64,000 bases of DNA from Elusimicrobiota bacterium (GTDB lineage Bacteria > Elusimicrobiota > Elusimicrobia > UBA1565), in NCBI GenBank assembly GCA_043827405.1, contig JBDRPD010000087.1, forward strand, positions 53,023-117,022, read 5' to 3'. The notes under the pieces are model-generated. The model ran no database searches. It saw only the letters and a program-made list of their open reading frames with translations, and had not been told where the DNA came from. This document shows, one piece after another, positions 29,758 through 38,958 of this stretch. A program made the translations under genes and the position numbers. The first letter of the stretch is position 1, and the number at the start of each line of letters is the position of its first letter.

Positions 29758-30410
29758 AAGGCAAGAGCGCGGAGATGATCGGCGTCCTCACGGGAGTCGC
29801 GACGATCTGCGGCGTCCTCATCGTCGGCGCCTACCAGACCACTTTACCGCTGATCAACGCCAATAAGGCGGCCTACCTCAAAGCGGCCGTCTTCAAGGTC
29901 ATCCCGGGCGCGGTGAAGACCGCCGCCTTCACTGTGGACGCCGACGGCAGCTTGACCCCGGCGGGCGAAGGGCAGCCGGCCGCGGCCCATGCGGTTTATG
30001 ACGAGAACGGCGGCCTCCTCGGCATCGCCCTGGAGGCCAGCGGCCAGGGCTTCCAGGAAATCATCCGGGTGCTCTACGGCTATTCGCCGGCGCAGCGCGC
30101 GGTCGTCGGCTTCATGGTGCTGGAAAGCAAAGAGACGCCGGGGCTCGGCGACAAGATCGAGAAAGACCCCGCCTTCCTGGCGAATTTCAACGCCCTCGAC
30201 GTCGCCCTGGACGCCGGCGGCGACCAGCTCGCGCACCCGATCACGGTGGTAAAGCCCGGCAAGAAGACCTCGGCCTGGGAGATCGATGCGATCTCCGGGG
30301 CGACGATCTCCTCTAAAGCCATCGGCCGCCTGCTCGATGAAAGCACCCGCGTGAAGATTCCCCTGGTGCACCGGAACCTGCAGCGGCTTAAGGAAGGCGC
30401 CGGCGGATGA
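29754..30410 (+). CDS. rnfG: Rnf complex subunit G
   Basis: N-terminal TM, ETPGLG, DAISGATISS (FMN-Thr); GTG overlaps the rnfD stop. Confidence 0.93.
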   Translation: MKGKSAEMIGVLTGVATICGVLIVGAYQTTLPLINANKAAYLKAAVFKVIPGAVKTAAFTVDADGSLTPAGEGQPAAAHAVYDENGGLLGIALEASGQGFQEIIRVLYGYSPAQRAVVGFMVLESKETPGLGDKIEKDPAFLANFNALDVALDAGGDQLAHPITVVKPGKKTSAWEIDAISGATISSKAIGRLLDESTRVKIPLVHRNLQRLKEGAGG

Positions 30411-31015
30411 GCGAAAAGAACGCGGACGTATTCCTTAAGAAGCTGTGGGAGGAAAACCCCGTCTTCGTGCATCTCCTCGGCATGTGCCCGACGCTGGCGG
30501 TGTCCAACTCAGTGATCAACGCGCTGGCGATGGGGCTGGCCACGCTGTTCGTGCTCGTAATGTCGAGCATGCTGATCTCCATGCTGCGCCGGCTGATCCC
30601 CAAGCAGGTGCGCATCGCCACCTTCATCATGATCATCGCCACCTTTGTCACCCTGGCCGAGTACGTCATCCAGGCGGTCAGCCTCGAGATCCACAAGAGC
30701 CTCGGCGCCTTCATCTCGCTGATCGTCGTCAACTGCATCATTCTGGGGCGCGCCGAGTCCTTCGCCTACAAAAAACCGGTCATCCCGTCGATCCTCGACG
30801 CCCTCGGCACCGGCATCGGCTTCACTCTGGCCATCCTGGCCATGGGCTCGATCCGCGAAATCCTCGGCTCGGGCTCTTTCGCCGGCGTCCCGCTGTTCGG
30901 GCCGTCGTTTGAGCCCTGGGTCGTCATGATCCTGCCGGGCGGCGGCTTCTTCGTCCTCGGCCTGCTGCTGCTGGCCGTCAATAAAATCAACCTGCTCCGG
31001 GGGAAGAAGCAATGA
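30407..31015 (+). CDS. rnfE: Rnf complex subunit E
   Basis: ENP....LGMCP.LAV, LIVVNCIILGRAE, REILG and LP.GGF motifs. Confidence 0.96.
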   Translation: MSEKNADVFLKKLWEENPVFVHLLGMCPTLAVSNSVINALAMGLATLFVLVMSSMLISMLRRLIPKQVRIATFIMIIATFVTLAEYVIQAVSLEIHKSLGAFISLIVVNCIILGRAESFAYKKPVIPSILDALGTGIGFTLAILAMGSIREILGSGSFAGVPLFGPSFEPWVVMILPGGGFFVLGLLLLAVNKINLLRGKKQ

Positions 31016-31599
31016 ACAGCGATCCCCTGTGGCTGATCTTCGTCAACGCCTGCTTCGTCAATAACTTCGTGCTGGCCTACTTCCTCGGCATCTGCCCCTT
31101 CCTCGGCGTATCCGGGAAGCTCGAAACAGCGAGCCGCATGGGCATCGCCGTCACCTTCGTGATGCTGGTCAGCTCGACCTGCGCCTTCGGCATCCACACC
31201 TTCCTGGTGCGCATCGACGCGCAGTATCTGCAGCTGATCGCCTATATCGCCGTGATCGCCTCCTCGGTGCAGCTGGTCGAAATGTTCATCAAGAAGTTCA
31301 GCCCGGCGCTGTTCCGGGCGCTCGGAATTTTCCTGCCGCTGATCACGACCAACTGCGCTATCCTCGGCCTGGCGCTCTTCCAGACCAGCCGCGCCTACAG
31401 TCTGCCGCAGTCGCTGGCCTTCGCGGTCGGCGCCGGCGCCGGCTTCACCCTCGCCCTGGTGATCATGGCGGGGATACGCGAGGAGCTCGAGCTCGCGGAC
31501 GTCCCCGACGTGGTCCGCGGCGCCGCGATCACGCTGATGATCGCGGGCGTGCTGTCTTTGGCGTTCATGGGCTTCGCCGGACTCGGAGGCGGAGCATGA
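31012..31599 (+). CDS. rnfA: Rnf complex subunit A
   Basis: NNFVL..FLGICPF.GVS, LGIFLPLITTNCAILG and AFMGF motifs. Confidence 0.96.
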   Translation: MNSDPLWLIFVNACFVNNFVLAYFLGICPFLGVSGKLETASRMGIAVTFVMLVSSTCAFGIHTFLVRIDAQYLQLIAYIAVIASSVQLVEMFIKKFSPALFRALGIFLPLITTNCAILGLALFQTSRAYSLPQSLAFAVGAGAGFTLALVIMAGIREELELADVPDVVRGAAITLMIAGVLSLAFMGFAGLGGGA

Positions 31600-31751
31600 T
31601 CCGCGACCTCCTCATCGCTATCGGCGGCATCGCGGTCTTATCGATTTTTTGGGTCGTCGTCGAACACCTGCGCTGTTCCGTCATCGGCCGCCCCGCATCC
31701 TCATGCGCGGGCTGCCCGGACACGGACTGCGGGAAGCAACCAATCCCATGA
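31596..31751 (+). CDS. 51-aa single-TM Cys-rich peptide (not in ORF track)
   Basis: ATG overlaps the rnfA stop (ATGA), preceded by GGAGG. Translates MIRDLLIAIGGIAVLSIFWVVVEHLRCSVIGRPASSCAGCPDTDCGKQPIP. Confidence 0.7.
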   Translation: MIRDLLIAIGGIAVLSIFWVVVEHLRCSVIGRPASSCAGCPDTDCGKQPIP

Positions 31752-31764
31752 AAGGACGGGCGCA

Positions 31765-33681
31765 ATGAAAAAACCACGCAAGATCAGGAAAGAAGAACAC
31801 ATCGTTGAGATTGTCAGCGACGCCGGCGAGGGCGCGCAAAAGGCCGCCGTGGCTTTCGCCCAGACCTGCGCCCGGATGGGCAACGGCCTGTGGACGGTCG
31901 AGATCATCCCCTCGGAGATCCAGCCGCCGCCGCATACCACCGGCAGCGCCAGCGGCAACCGCATCCGCCTGTCCGAAAAGCCGCTGGTAACCAATGCCGG
32001 CGACAAGGCGAATTTGGTCCTGGCCTTCAACGAGATGGCTTTCCTATCACGCATCGAAGCCAACTCGGTGGCCGACGACGTCATCCTGGTCATCGACAGC
32101 ATGTGGGCCGAGCACGACGACCCGGAAATCCGCAAGAACTACGCCCAGATCACCGAGGACGTGCGCCAGAAGGGCGGCACGGTCCTGGAGATCCCGTTCG
32201 AGAAAGAGACCCTAAAGATCGTGGAAGACCCGCGGCGCGGCAAGAACATGTTCGCCTACGGCTTCCTCTGCGCCCTCTACTGCCGCGACAAGGAAGTGAT
32301 GCTCGAGGTGGTAAAGACGACCTTCGGCAAAAAATCGCAAAAAGTGATCGACACCAACGTCGCCCTGGCCGACAAGGGCTACCAGTACGGAGAGGAGCAC
32401 CTGGAGTACCAGTTCGAGATCCTCGCCAAGCCCTCCGACAAGCAAATGGTGGCGATGAACGGCAACCTCGCGATCGCGCTGGGCGCGATCGCCGCCGGCT
32501 ACGAGATGTGCTCGATGTATCCGATCACGCCGGCGACCTCGGCCTCGCACTTCCTGTCCGACATCTTCGAGGACCTGGGCGGCTTCGTGCACCAGGCCGA
32601 AGACGAGATCGCCGCCATCGGCGTGGCCATCGGCGCCTCTTATGCCGGCAAGGCGGCCATCACCATCACCTCGGGCCCGGGCATGGCGCTCAAAACCGAG
32701 TTCCAGGGCCTGGCCGTCATGACCGAAACGCCGCTGGTCATCGTCGACGTACAGCGCGGCGGACCGAGCACCGGCCTGCCGACAAAGATCGAGCAGGGCG
32801 ATCTCTTGTCCTCGATCTTCGGCACCCCGGGAGACGCCCCCAAGGTGGTCTTGGCCGCGAGCAACATCGAGGACTGCTTCTACATCCTGGCAACGGCGCG
32901 CAAGATCTCCGAAGAGTTTCGGACTCTGGTTATCGTCCTGACCGACGCCAACCTGGCCACCGGCCAGCAGATCTTCCAGCGGCCGGAGCTCTCCGAGGCG
33001 ACCCTGCCGCCGCCGATGGACCTCAACCCCGTCCCCAAGGGGACTTTGCCTTTCGACTGGGACGAAAAGACCGGCCTGTCGCGGCGGCTGATCCCGGGCC
33101 AGGCCAACGGCATGTCGGTGATCACCACGCTCAACCACGCAAAGGACGGCAAGGCCTGCTACGACTACGAGAGCAACCAGCACGGCCACCGCATGCGCAG
33201 CCGCAAGCTGGCCACCCTGCAGAAGACGCTCAAGACCCCGCCGATCTACGGACCGGACGAGGGCGACCTGCTGATCGTCGGCTGGGGCAGCACGCGCGGC
33301 GCGATCGAGGAGGCGGTGGACCGGGCGCAGGCGGAAGGCTACCACGTGTCTTCGATGAACATCCAGTTCCTCAACCCGCTGCCGTCGGGGCTCAAGCAGG
33401 CCTTCTCGCGCTTCGATAAGGTGATGACGATCGAGCTCAACTACAGCGACGACGCGGACGATCCGGAGATCACCGCGGAAAACCGCCGCTACAGCCAGCT
33501 CTGCCTGCTGCTGCGCGCGAATACGCTCATGGATATCGACACCTGGTCCCGCGTACCGGGCCGGCCCTTCATGCCCTTTGAGCTGACGGAAGTGATTCGA
33601 CATGAGCTGGGCGAACCGAGGAAGCCCGGTGAGGAACGCAAGAAGAAACCCAAGCAGACCGCGGTACGAGGTGCGAAATGA
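31765..33681 (+). CDS. korA: 2-oxoacid:ferredoxin oxidoreductase alpha subunit (gamma-alpha fusion, KorA-like)
   Basis: YPITPA, QAEDEIAA, TSGPG..LK.E, QRGGPSTGLPTK.EQ.D and GWGST.G motifs. Confidence 0.9.
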   Translation: MKKPRKIRKEEHIVEIVSDAGEGAQKAAVAFAQTCARMGNGLWTVEIIPSEIQPPPHTTGSASGNRIRLSEKPLVTNAGDKANLVLAFNEMAFLSRIEANSVADDVILVIDSMWAEHDDPEIRKNYAQITEDVRQKGGTVLEIPFEKETLKIVEDPRRGKNMFAYGFLCALYCRDKEVMLEVVKTTFGKKSQKVIDTNVALADKGYQYGEEHLEYQFEILAKPSDKQMVAMNGNLAIALGAIAAGYEMCSMYPITPATSASHFLSDIFEDLGGFVHQAEDEIAAIGVAIGASYAGKAAITITSGPGMALKTEFQGLAVMTETPLVIVDVQRGGPSTGLPTKIEQGDLLSSIFGTPGDAPKVVLAASNIEDCFYILATARKISEEFRTLVIVLTDANLATGQQIFQRPELSEATLPPPMDLNPVPKGTLPFDWDEKTGLSRRLIPGQANGMSVITTLNHAKDGKACYDYESNQHGHRMRSRKLATLQKTLKTPPIYGPDEGDLLIVGWGSTRGAIEEAVDRAQAEGYHVSSMNIQFLNPLPSGLKQAFSRFDKVMTIELNYSDDADDPEITAENRRYSQLCLLLRANTLMDIDTWSRVPGRPFMPFELTEVIRHELGEPRKPGEERKKKPKQTAVRGAK

Positions 33682-34646
33682 CCCCCCTGAATATCGAAGA
33701 ACTGGTAGAGAAAGACTGCGCCACCAAGAACTACAAGCTCGAGGACTACGAGGCGCCTTATCCGGCACGCTGGTGCAAAGGCTGCGGCGACTTCGGCGTT
33801 CTGACGGCCATCCAGAAAGTGCTGCGCGACGCCAATATGGCTCCGGAAAACGTGGTCTGCTGCTCGGGCATCGGCTGCTCCAGCCGCCTGCCCCACTACC
33901 TGAAGACCTACGGCTTCCACGGCATCCACGGCCGGGCGCTGACGCTGTCGACCGGCGTATCGCTGGCCCGGCCGGACCTGAAAGTCATCACCATCATGGG
34001 CGACGGCGACTGCTTCTCGATCGGCGGCAACCACTGGCTGCACGCGATCCGCTACAACGTGGATCTCACGGTCCTGGTGCTCGACAACGAGGTCTACGCC
34101 CTGACCAAGAAGCAGGCATCGCCCACGACGCCCCAAGGCGGGATAACCAATACGACGCCGCGCGGCTCGTATCTCAAGCCGCTCAATCCCATCAGCACCA
34201 TGATGGGAATCGCCAATGTCTCATTTTTGGCGCAGACGGCGACGTGGTTTCCGACGCACCTGGAAGCGACCATCCAGAAGGCCTGGAAGCACAAAGGCCT
34301 GTCCTTCGTGCGCGTGCTGCAGCGCTGCCCGGCGTACATGCCAGCCGCCTTCGGCAACGGCGGCCTGCAGTATCCGGCCGCCTTCCTCAAAAACGACAAC
34401 GGCATACCGTTTGACGCCGACGACGCGGCCGCCGCCAAGGTGCAGGAGCATGACCAGCACGACCTCAACATGGCCCTGCGCGTCGCGGCCGTCACCGATC
34501 CGGCGCCCATGGGACTCATCTACTGGAACCCCGATCTGCCGACGTACAACGAAACGCGGCTGTCGCGCGTGCGCAAGCATGACCGCAAGACGCTGCTGGC
34601 CCGGCTCGACGGGGAGCTGGATAAATACGCCGTAAAACGCAAGTAG
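33678..34646 (+). CDS. korB: 2-oxoacid:ferredoxin oxidoreductase beta subunit (KorB-like)
   Basis: WC.GCGD, SGIGCSSR, HGR, GDGD..SIGGNH, DNEVY.LTK.Q.SPT and Q.CP motifs. Confidence 0.92.
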   Translation: MTPLNIEELVEKDCATKNYKLEDYEAPYPARWCKGCGDFGVLTAIQKVLRDANMAPENVVCCSGIGCSSRLPHYLKTYGFHGIHGRALTLSTGVSLARPDLKVITIMGDGDCFSIGGNHWLHAIRYNVDLTVLVLDNEVYALTKKQASPTTPQGGITNTTPRGSYLKPLNPISTMMGIANVSFLAQTATWFPTHLEATIQKAWKHKGLSFVRVLQRCPAYMPAAFGNGGLQYPAAFLKNDNGIPFDADDAAAAKVQEHDQHDLNMALRVAAVTDPAPMGLIYWNPDLPTYNETRLSRVRKHDRKTLLARLDGELDKYAVKRK

Positions 34647-34653
34647 GCCCAAA

Positions 34654-36468
34654 ATGAAACAGCAGGAAGTCACCCAACAAATCGAAACGTGCTCAGAGCA
34701 CGCGCAGGCGGACCTGATGGAACGCCTGCATACGGCGCACCGCGAGATCGACGACCTTCTGACGCTCGAAGAGCATCACCGCACCGGACATCAGAGCGAG
34801 AGGCTGCAGACCTCGATGCGCGGCTTCGGCGACGGAGTCCTCGACACCCGGGCCCTCTCCGCGGTCCTCGACCAAGGCGACGAGAGCCGGCGCATGAACA
34901 AGGACCGCCACCAGCGCATCCTCAAGGTGCGCGACGAGCTCAAGGCCCTCATCGAGAGCTACGAGAAGAGTCCGCCCAAGCCGGCGACCATGCCGCTGGG
35001 CGCCGATGCCGACGCGATCCTCAAGCGCGCAGAGGACCATCTCAACAAGATGGCCAAGGCCTTCCGCCTGATACGGATCGTGCGCCTCGAGGTCCGCGCC
35101 CAGTACCAGAAGGAGCTCCACGATCCGTTCTTCAAGCGCTTCAACTGGGAGCATCTGAGCAACGACGAAGTCGCCCTCTGCCCGCCTTTCCTCGTGACGG
35201 ACGAGCCGGCGGGAGAGCTCGACATCGCCAAGGTGCTGCACCTCATCTCCAGCGGCCGCCCGGTAAAGCTGCTGCTGCTGCGCACCGAACTGCGCAAGCG
35301 GCCGGGGACCACCGGCCGCTCGTCGGCGCTGCAATGCGTAATGGATCTGGAAATGCTGCCGGTCGCCATGCGCGGCGTCTACTTCATCCAGACCACGACC
35401 GCCCGCCAGGACCTCGACGCCCTGCTGGAGGCGGGGCTTCGCTCACCCCGGCCGGCGCTGTTCTCGCTGTTCGGCGCCGACGCCGCGCACGAGAACGGCT
35501 TTCGCACCCGCGCCGAGCGGGCGCTGTCCTCAAGGGCCCATCCGCATATCGTATACGACCCCGACCGCTCGCCCCAGTTCGTCGCCTGCTTTGACCTCTC
35601 GGGCAACCCGGCCATGGACCGCAACTGGACCAACGCTCAGCTCGAACACCGCACGGACAAGGGCGACGCCGAGACCCTGGAACGGGAGTTCACCTTCGCC
35701 GACTTCGCGGTGCAGGAAGCCGCGTTTTCGGGCGAGTTCTCGGTGCTGCCCGCCGACCTGGAAGGCCGGGAGCCCGTCACGCTGGCGGAATACATCTCCC
35801 TGCCCGCCGACCAGCGCAGCGGCAAGCTGCCCTTCGTCTATTCGCTCAACGAAAAGCAGCGCCTCACCAAGCTCGTGCCTTCGCGCGCCATGATCGTACA
35901 GACCGCCGAGCGGCTCAAGCTGTGGCGGGCGCTGCGCGAAATGGCGGGCGTCGAAAACCCCTTCGTCAAGGAAGCCGAGAAGCGGGTCAAGACCCGCCTC
36001 ACCGACGAGAAGGAAGCCTCGCTAAAGGAGCTGCAGGGCCGCATGGAGACGCAGATCGCGGCCCGGCAGAAGGAGGCGGTCACGACGGCGATGCGCAACC
36101 TCGCCCGCCAGTTGACCGGCCTGGAGGCGCTCGCGCCGGCGCCGGAGACGGCGCCCGCGGCGTCGGCGACCACTGAGGCCGCGCCGGCCGCCGCCGCGCC
36201 GGCCAAGCCGACGGGAACCAGCGACCTGCCGTGGATCCAAAGCAAGAAGTGCACGACCTGCGACGAATGCACCAATATCAATAAAAAGATATTCGCCTAT
36301 AACGAGAACAAGCAGGCCATCATCGCCGACCCCAAGGGCGGACCTTTCCGGGATATCGTCAAGGCGGCCGAGAAGTGCTCGGCGCGCATCATCCATCCCG
36401 GCAGGCCGCAGGACCCGAGCGAGAAGAACCTCGATAAGTGGGTTAAGAAGGCCGAAGCGTTTCAGTAA
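34654..36468 (+). CDS. PFOR C-terminal-like protein with a terminal ferredoxin domain
   Basis: Shares F.W...S.DE..LCPP, YDP..DLSGNP and TFAD blocks with the 1377-aa protein; Ala/Pro linker; CTTCDEC...AAEKC ferredoxin. Confidence 0.8.
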   Translation: MKQQEVTQQIETCSEHAQADLMERLHTAHREIDDLLTLEEHHRTGHQSERLQTSMRGFGDGVLDTRALSAVLDQGDESRRMNKDRHQRILKVRDELKALIESYEKSPPKPATMPLGADADAILKRAEDHLNKMAKAFRLIRIVRLEVRAQYQKELHDPFFKRFNWEHLSNDEVALCPPFLVTDEPAGELDIAKVLHLISSGRPVKLLLLRTELRKRPGTTGRSSALQCVMDLEMLPVAMRGVYFIQTTTARQDLDALLEAGLRSPRPALFSLFGADAAHENGFRTRAERALSSRAHPHIVYDPDRSPQFVACFDLSGNPAMDRNWTNAQLEHRTDKGDAETLEREFTFADFAVQEAAFSGEFSVLPADLEGREPVTLAEYISLPADQRSGKLPFVYSLNEKQRLTKLVPSRAMIVQTAERLKLWRALREMAGVENPFVKEAEKRVKTRLTDEKEASLKELQGRMETQIAARQKEAVTTAMRNLARQLTGLEALAPAPETAPAASATTEAAPAAAAPAKPTGTSDLPWIQSKKCTTCDECTNINKKIFAYNENKQAIIADPKGGPFRDIVKAAEKCSARIIHPGRPQDPSEKNLDKWVKKAEAFQ

Positions 36469-36876
36469 TCAGTCGGCGGGGCCGACGTCGGTGAGGTACG
36501 CCTTTTGGATCGCGTCCATTTCGCGCGCGCCATGGCGTTTTAGCGCGGTGAAAAATTCCTGAAGCTCGGCGCAGACATCGTCGCCGCCCTTCGCGCAGAG
36601 CTCCGTCAGGCGGCCGATCAGCTCGTCGTGTTCTTTATATATGCGGGCGAAGGTGCTGCGCATCTCCGGCGATTCCTGGGAGAACTCCTCAAACTTCTCG
36701 ATCGACTCCTCGTACGCGAAGTGCTTGCGCATCAGCTCGCGAAAAACGGCCAGCTCACGGCGGAACTCATCGGACGGCCCACCGCCGGCCAGCGCCTTTA
36801 GGCGCGAGACGACCGTATCGATCTCCGCATGCTGCCGGTCCAGCTCCTGCCTTATCTTTTCGCTTTTCTCGTCCAT
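36469..36876 (-). CDS. Hemerythrin-like (HHE) domain protein
   Basis: Pattern QH..., HF..EE, EH.., H...E on predicted helices. Confidence 0.75.
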   Translation of the reverse strand: MDEKSEKIRQELDRQHAEIDTVVSRLKALAGGGPSDEFRRELAVFRELMRKHFAYEESIEKFEEFSQESPEMRSTFARIYKEHDELIGRLTELCAKGGDDVCAELQEFFTALKRHGAREMDAIQKAYLTDVGPAD

Positions 36877-36900
36877 ATCAGCCCTTAATATTACAGCAAA

Positions 36901-38271
36901 TTAGTACCAGACCAGCCTGAGCCCCAATTGTCCGGCCAGCGCGCGGATACCCCCCTCGGCGGGCGTGCCGCGGTAGGCGCGGTGCGCGGCCATGCGCTCG
37001 ACGTCGTCTTTGAGCCGCACTTCGTCAAAAATCTGGACCTCGGGGTTGGTGCGCACGTCCGGGCGCGGCCCGACCCGCCCGCCGGCCACCCAGCGGAAGA
37101 GCTCGAGCAGATTCTCCCGGGGCATGTCGTTAAGGGCATAGGCGGCATTATCGAAGGTCCCCACGGGGACGGTGCCCATATTATCGAGCGTGTCGCGCGC
37201 GGTCAGAGTCGCGCGCCGCTTGAGGCCGTCTTTTAACACGAAGTAGACGCCTTTCTCACCTTTGCTGTAGTCGGAGTAGCGCGGCGCGCCGCCGGCGGGA
37301 TCTTCGGTGACGTTTACGGAAGCGTACTTCGGCCGCTTCTCGGGGGCGGCGCCCGCGAGGCCTTCGAACATTTTATCTTCCGCCACCGCCCGCTGCTTGG
37401 TCGCGATTCCCTGGGTCACGCCGGTCTGCGCGTAGTTCTTGTAGACGCCGTCGGCCATGAAGCCGTCTATGATGGAACGGCCGTCGGGCAGCTTCATATT
37501 GGGGTCGAAATTGATGGTGAGCTCGGCGTTTTGTACGTGGCTAATAAAATTCTCCATCGCGGCGTCGGCTTCTGCTTTTGGGAAGTAGGCGTCGATTAGG
37601 GCTTCGAGGCTTAGGTCTTGGAGCCGGTTGCTCTCCTTGATCAATTCTTTTTTCCGCTCTTCAGGGACGGTCTTAATTTGTTCCTGTACGTTCTTGAGCT
37701 GGGCGTTGCGGCGCTCGACGGCGATGCTGCGGCGCAAAAATTCTCCGATCTCATTTTGCGCGGCCTGTTCTTTGGTTGCGGCTTTTTTGTTCGCGGCGGC
37801 TACGGGTGCGGGGAGAGTCTTGTTTGCGGAGTCAAAGAGGATGCTGCTTTCATGCGCGGCTTTTATGCCGCTGAGGTCGCTGAACTTGGCGGACTCTTCG
37901 GCGGTTTTTTCCGCTTGGCCGTGGACGCCGGGGTTTTGTTCGGCGTTCGACTGCTCTCTCTTGCCGAAGGTTTTGACGGGATTTATTGTTTTGGCCGGGA
38001 TTATGGTGCTGTTGGGTAGTGTTTTGATTTGGGCGGTATTGGTTTGCGGCCCGTTGATCGCCGTATTTACGGTGGGGAGTACGCCGGGGGCGCCGATGGC
38101 CATGTTTAGCGGCTGGATATTGGTTATTCCGCTATTTGTGCTAGTAGCGGCTCCGGCGGCGCCGGTTGGGGTCGCTGCTTTGCCCGCGGCGGTCCCGAGG
38201 CGAATGGCGGCCCCGGCCGGCGGGGCAAAGCAGAGCGCGGCCGTTAGGATGACGCGGCCTATATATTCCAT
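36901..38271 (-). CDS. Exported protein: low-complexity leader plus DUF3626-like domain
   Basis: Signal peptide and Thr/Ala/Asn-rich leader, then TINF.P, G.Y....TG...G, R...E..MF, RPKY, PRY, R.T.T..D and EVQI...V.L.DDV motifs. Confidence 0.6.
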   Translation of the reverse strand: MEYIGRVILTAALCFAPPAGAAIRLGTAAGKAATPTGAAGAATSTNSGITNIQPLNMAIGAPGVLPTVNTAINGPQTNTAQIKTLPNSTIIPAKTINPVKTFGKREQSNAEQNPGVHGQAEKTAEESAKFSDLSGIKAAHESSILFDSANKTLPAPVAAANKKAATKEQAAQNEIGEFLRRSIAVERRNAQLKNVQEQIKTVPEERKKELIKESNRLQDLSLEALIDAYFPKAEADAAMENFISHVQNAELTINFDPNMKLPDGRSIIDGFMADGVYKNYAQTGVTQGIATKQRAVAEDKMFEGLAGAAPEKRPKYASVNVTEDPAGGAPRYSDYSKGEKGVYFVLKDGLKRRATLTARDTLDNMGTVPVGTFDNAAYALNDMPRENLLELFRWVAGGRVGPRPDVRTNPEVQIFDEVRLKDDVERMAAHRAYRGTPAEGGIRALAGQLGLRLVWY

Positions 38272-38386
38272 ATACCTAATAGTGCACGGAAAACGCTGCT
38301 ATTACAATGGTCATGGGGGTACGGGCGGGGCGGGTCGATGGGCCCAATTGCCATTTTCGACCTGGGCGTTAGGCGCGAATTAGCCC

Positions 38387-38417
38387 TTGCGAAAGTATAC
38401 CCTACAGTGTATACTTT
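38387..38417 (+). promoter_or_regulatory. Sigma70 promoter and operator of the TA operon
   Basis: TTGCGA(38387)-17 nt-TATACT(38410), overlapped by the inverted repeat AAAGTATAC-N8-GTATACTTT (38392-38417). Confidence 0.8.
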
Positions 38418-38432
38418 GATTAGGAGGCGACG

Positions 38433-38705
38433 ATGACCAAAACCATCACACTAAAGGCCCTCCGCCCCGGGCTGCCTAAAGTAGCAGACGCCATCGAATC
38501 CAAGCTGGATCGGTATATCGTTACACGGCGAGGCGAGCCGGTAATGATGCTCATTAGCCCGGAGGATTACGAAGGCCTTCTCGAGACCATTGAGATACTT
38601 TCCGACAAAGCCTCAGTTAAGCGTATTCGAAAATCTCAGAAAGAGGCTCGCACGGGCAAGACGATATCTCTCGAAGCGCTTCGGCGAAAACTAGAGGGTG
38701 TATAG
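38433..38705 (+). CDS. Type II antitoxin, Phd/YefM family
   Basis: IVTRRGEP...LIS..DYE.L.ET.EIL motif; SD AGGAGG; overlaps the toxin gene. Confidence 0.92.
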   Translation: MTKTITLKALRPGLPKVADAIESKLDRYIVTRRGEPVMMLISPEDYEGLLETIEILSDKASVKRIRKSQKEARTGKTISLEALRRKLEGV

Positions 38706-38958
38706 CCTTAGTCTGAGCCGTCAGGCTGGGAAGGACCTGGAGCGGGTATATCGGGCGGATCGAAAACTATATCAGCGCTTTCTAAATGCCTTCGAAGCTA
38801 TTGCCGCGGACCCCGACCAGGGCAAACCGCTTCATGGCGAACTCCGGGGCATGTTGTCGTATCGCCTAGGGAGCTATCGAATTCTTTATGAGATTCATCG
38901 GGGGAAGCTCCTGGTTATTGTTATTGACCTAGGCCATCGAGGAGAAATTTACAGATAA
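38698..38958 (+). CDS. Type II toxin, RelE/ParE family
   Basis: A.KDL, P..GKPL.G.L.G, YR.GSYRILY and GHR.EIY motifs. Confidence 0.92.
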   Translation: MYSLSLSRQAGKDLERVYRADRKLYQRFLNAFEAIAADPDQGKPLHGELRGMLSYRLGSYRILYEIHRGKLLVIVIDLGHRGEIYR

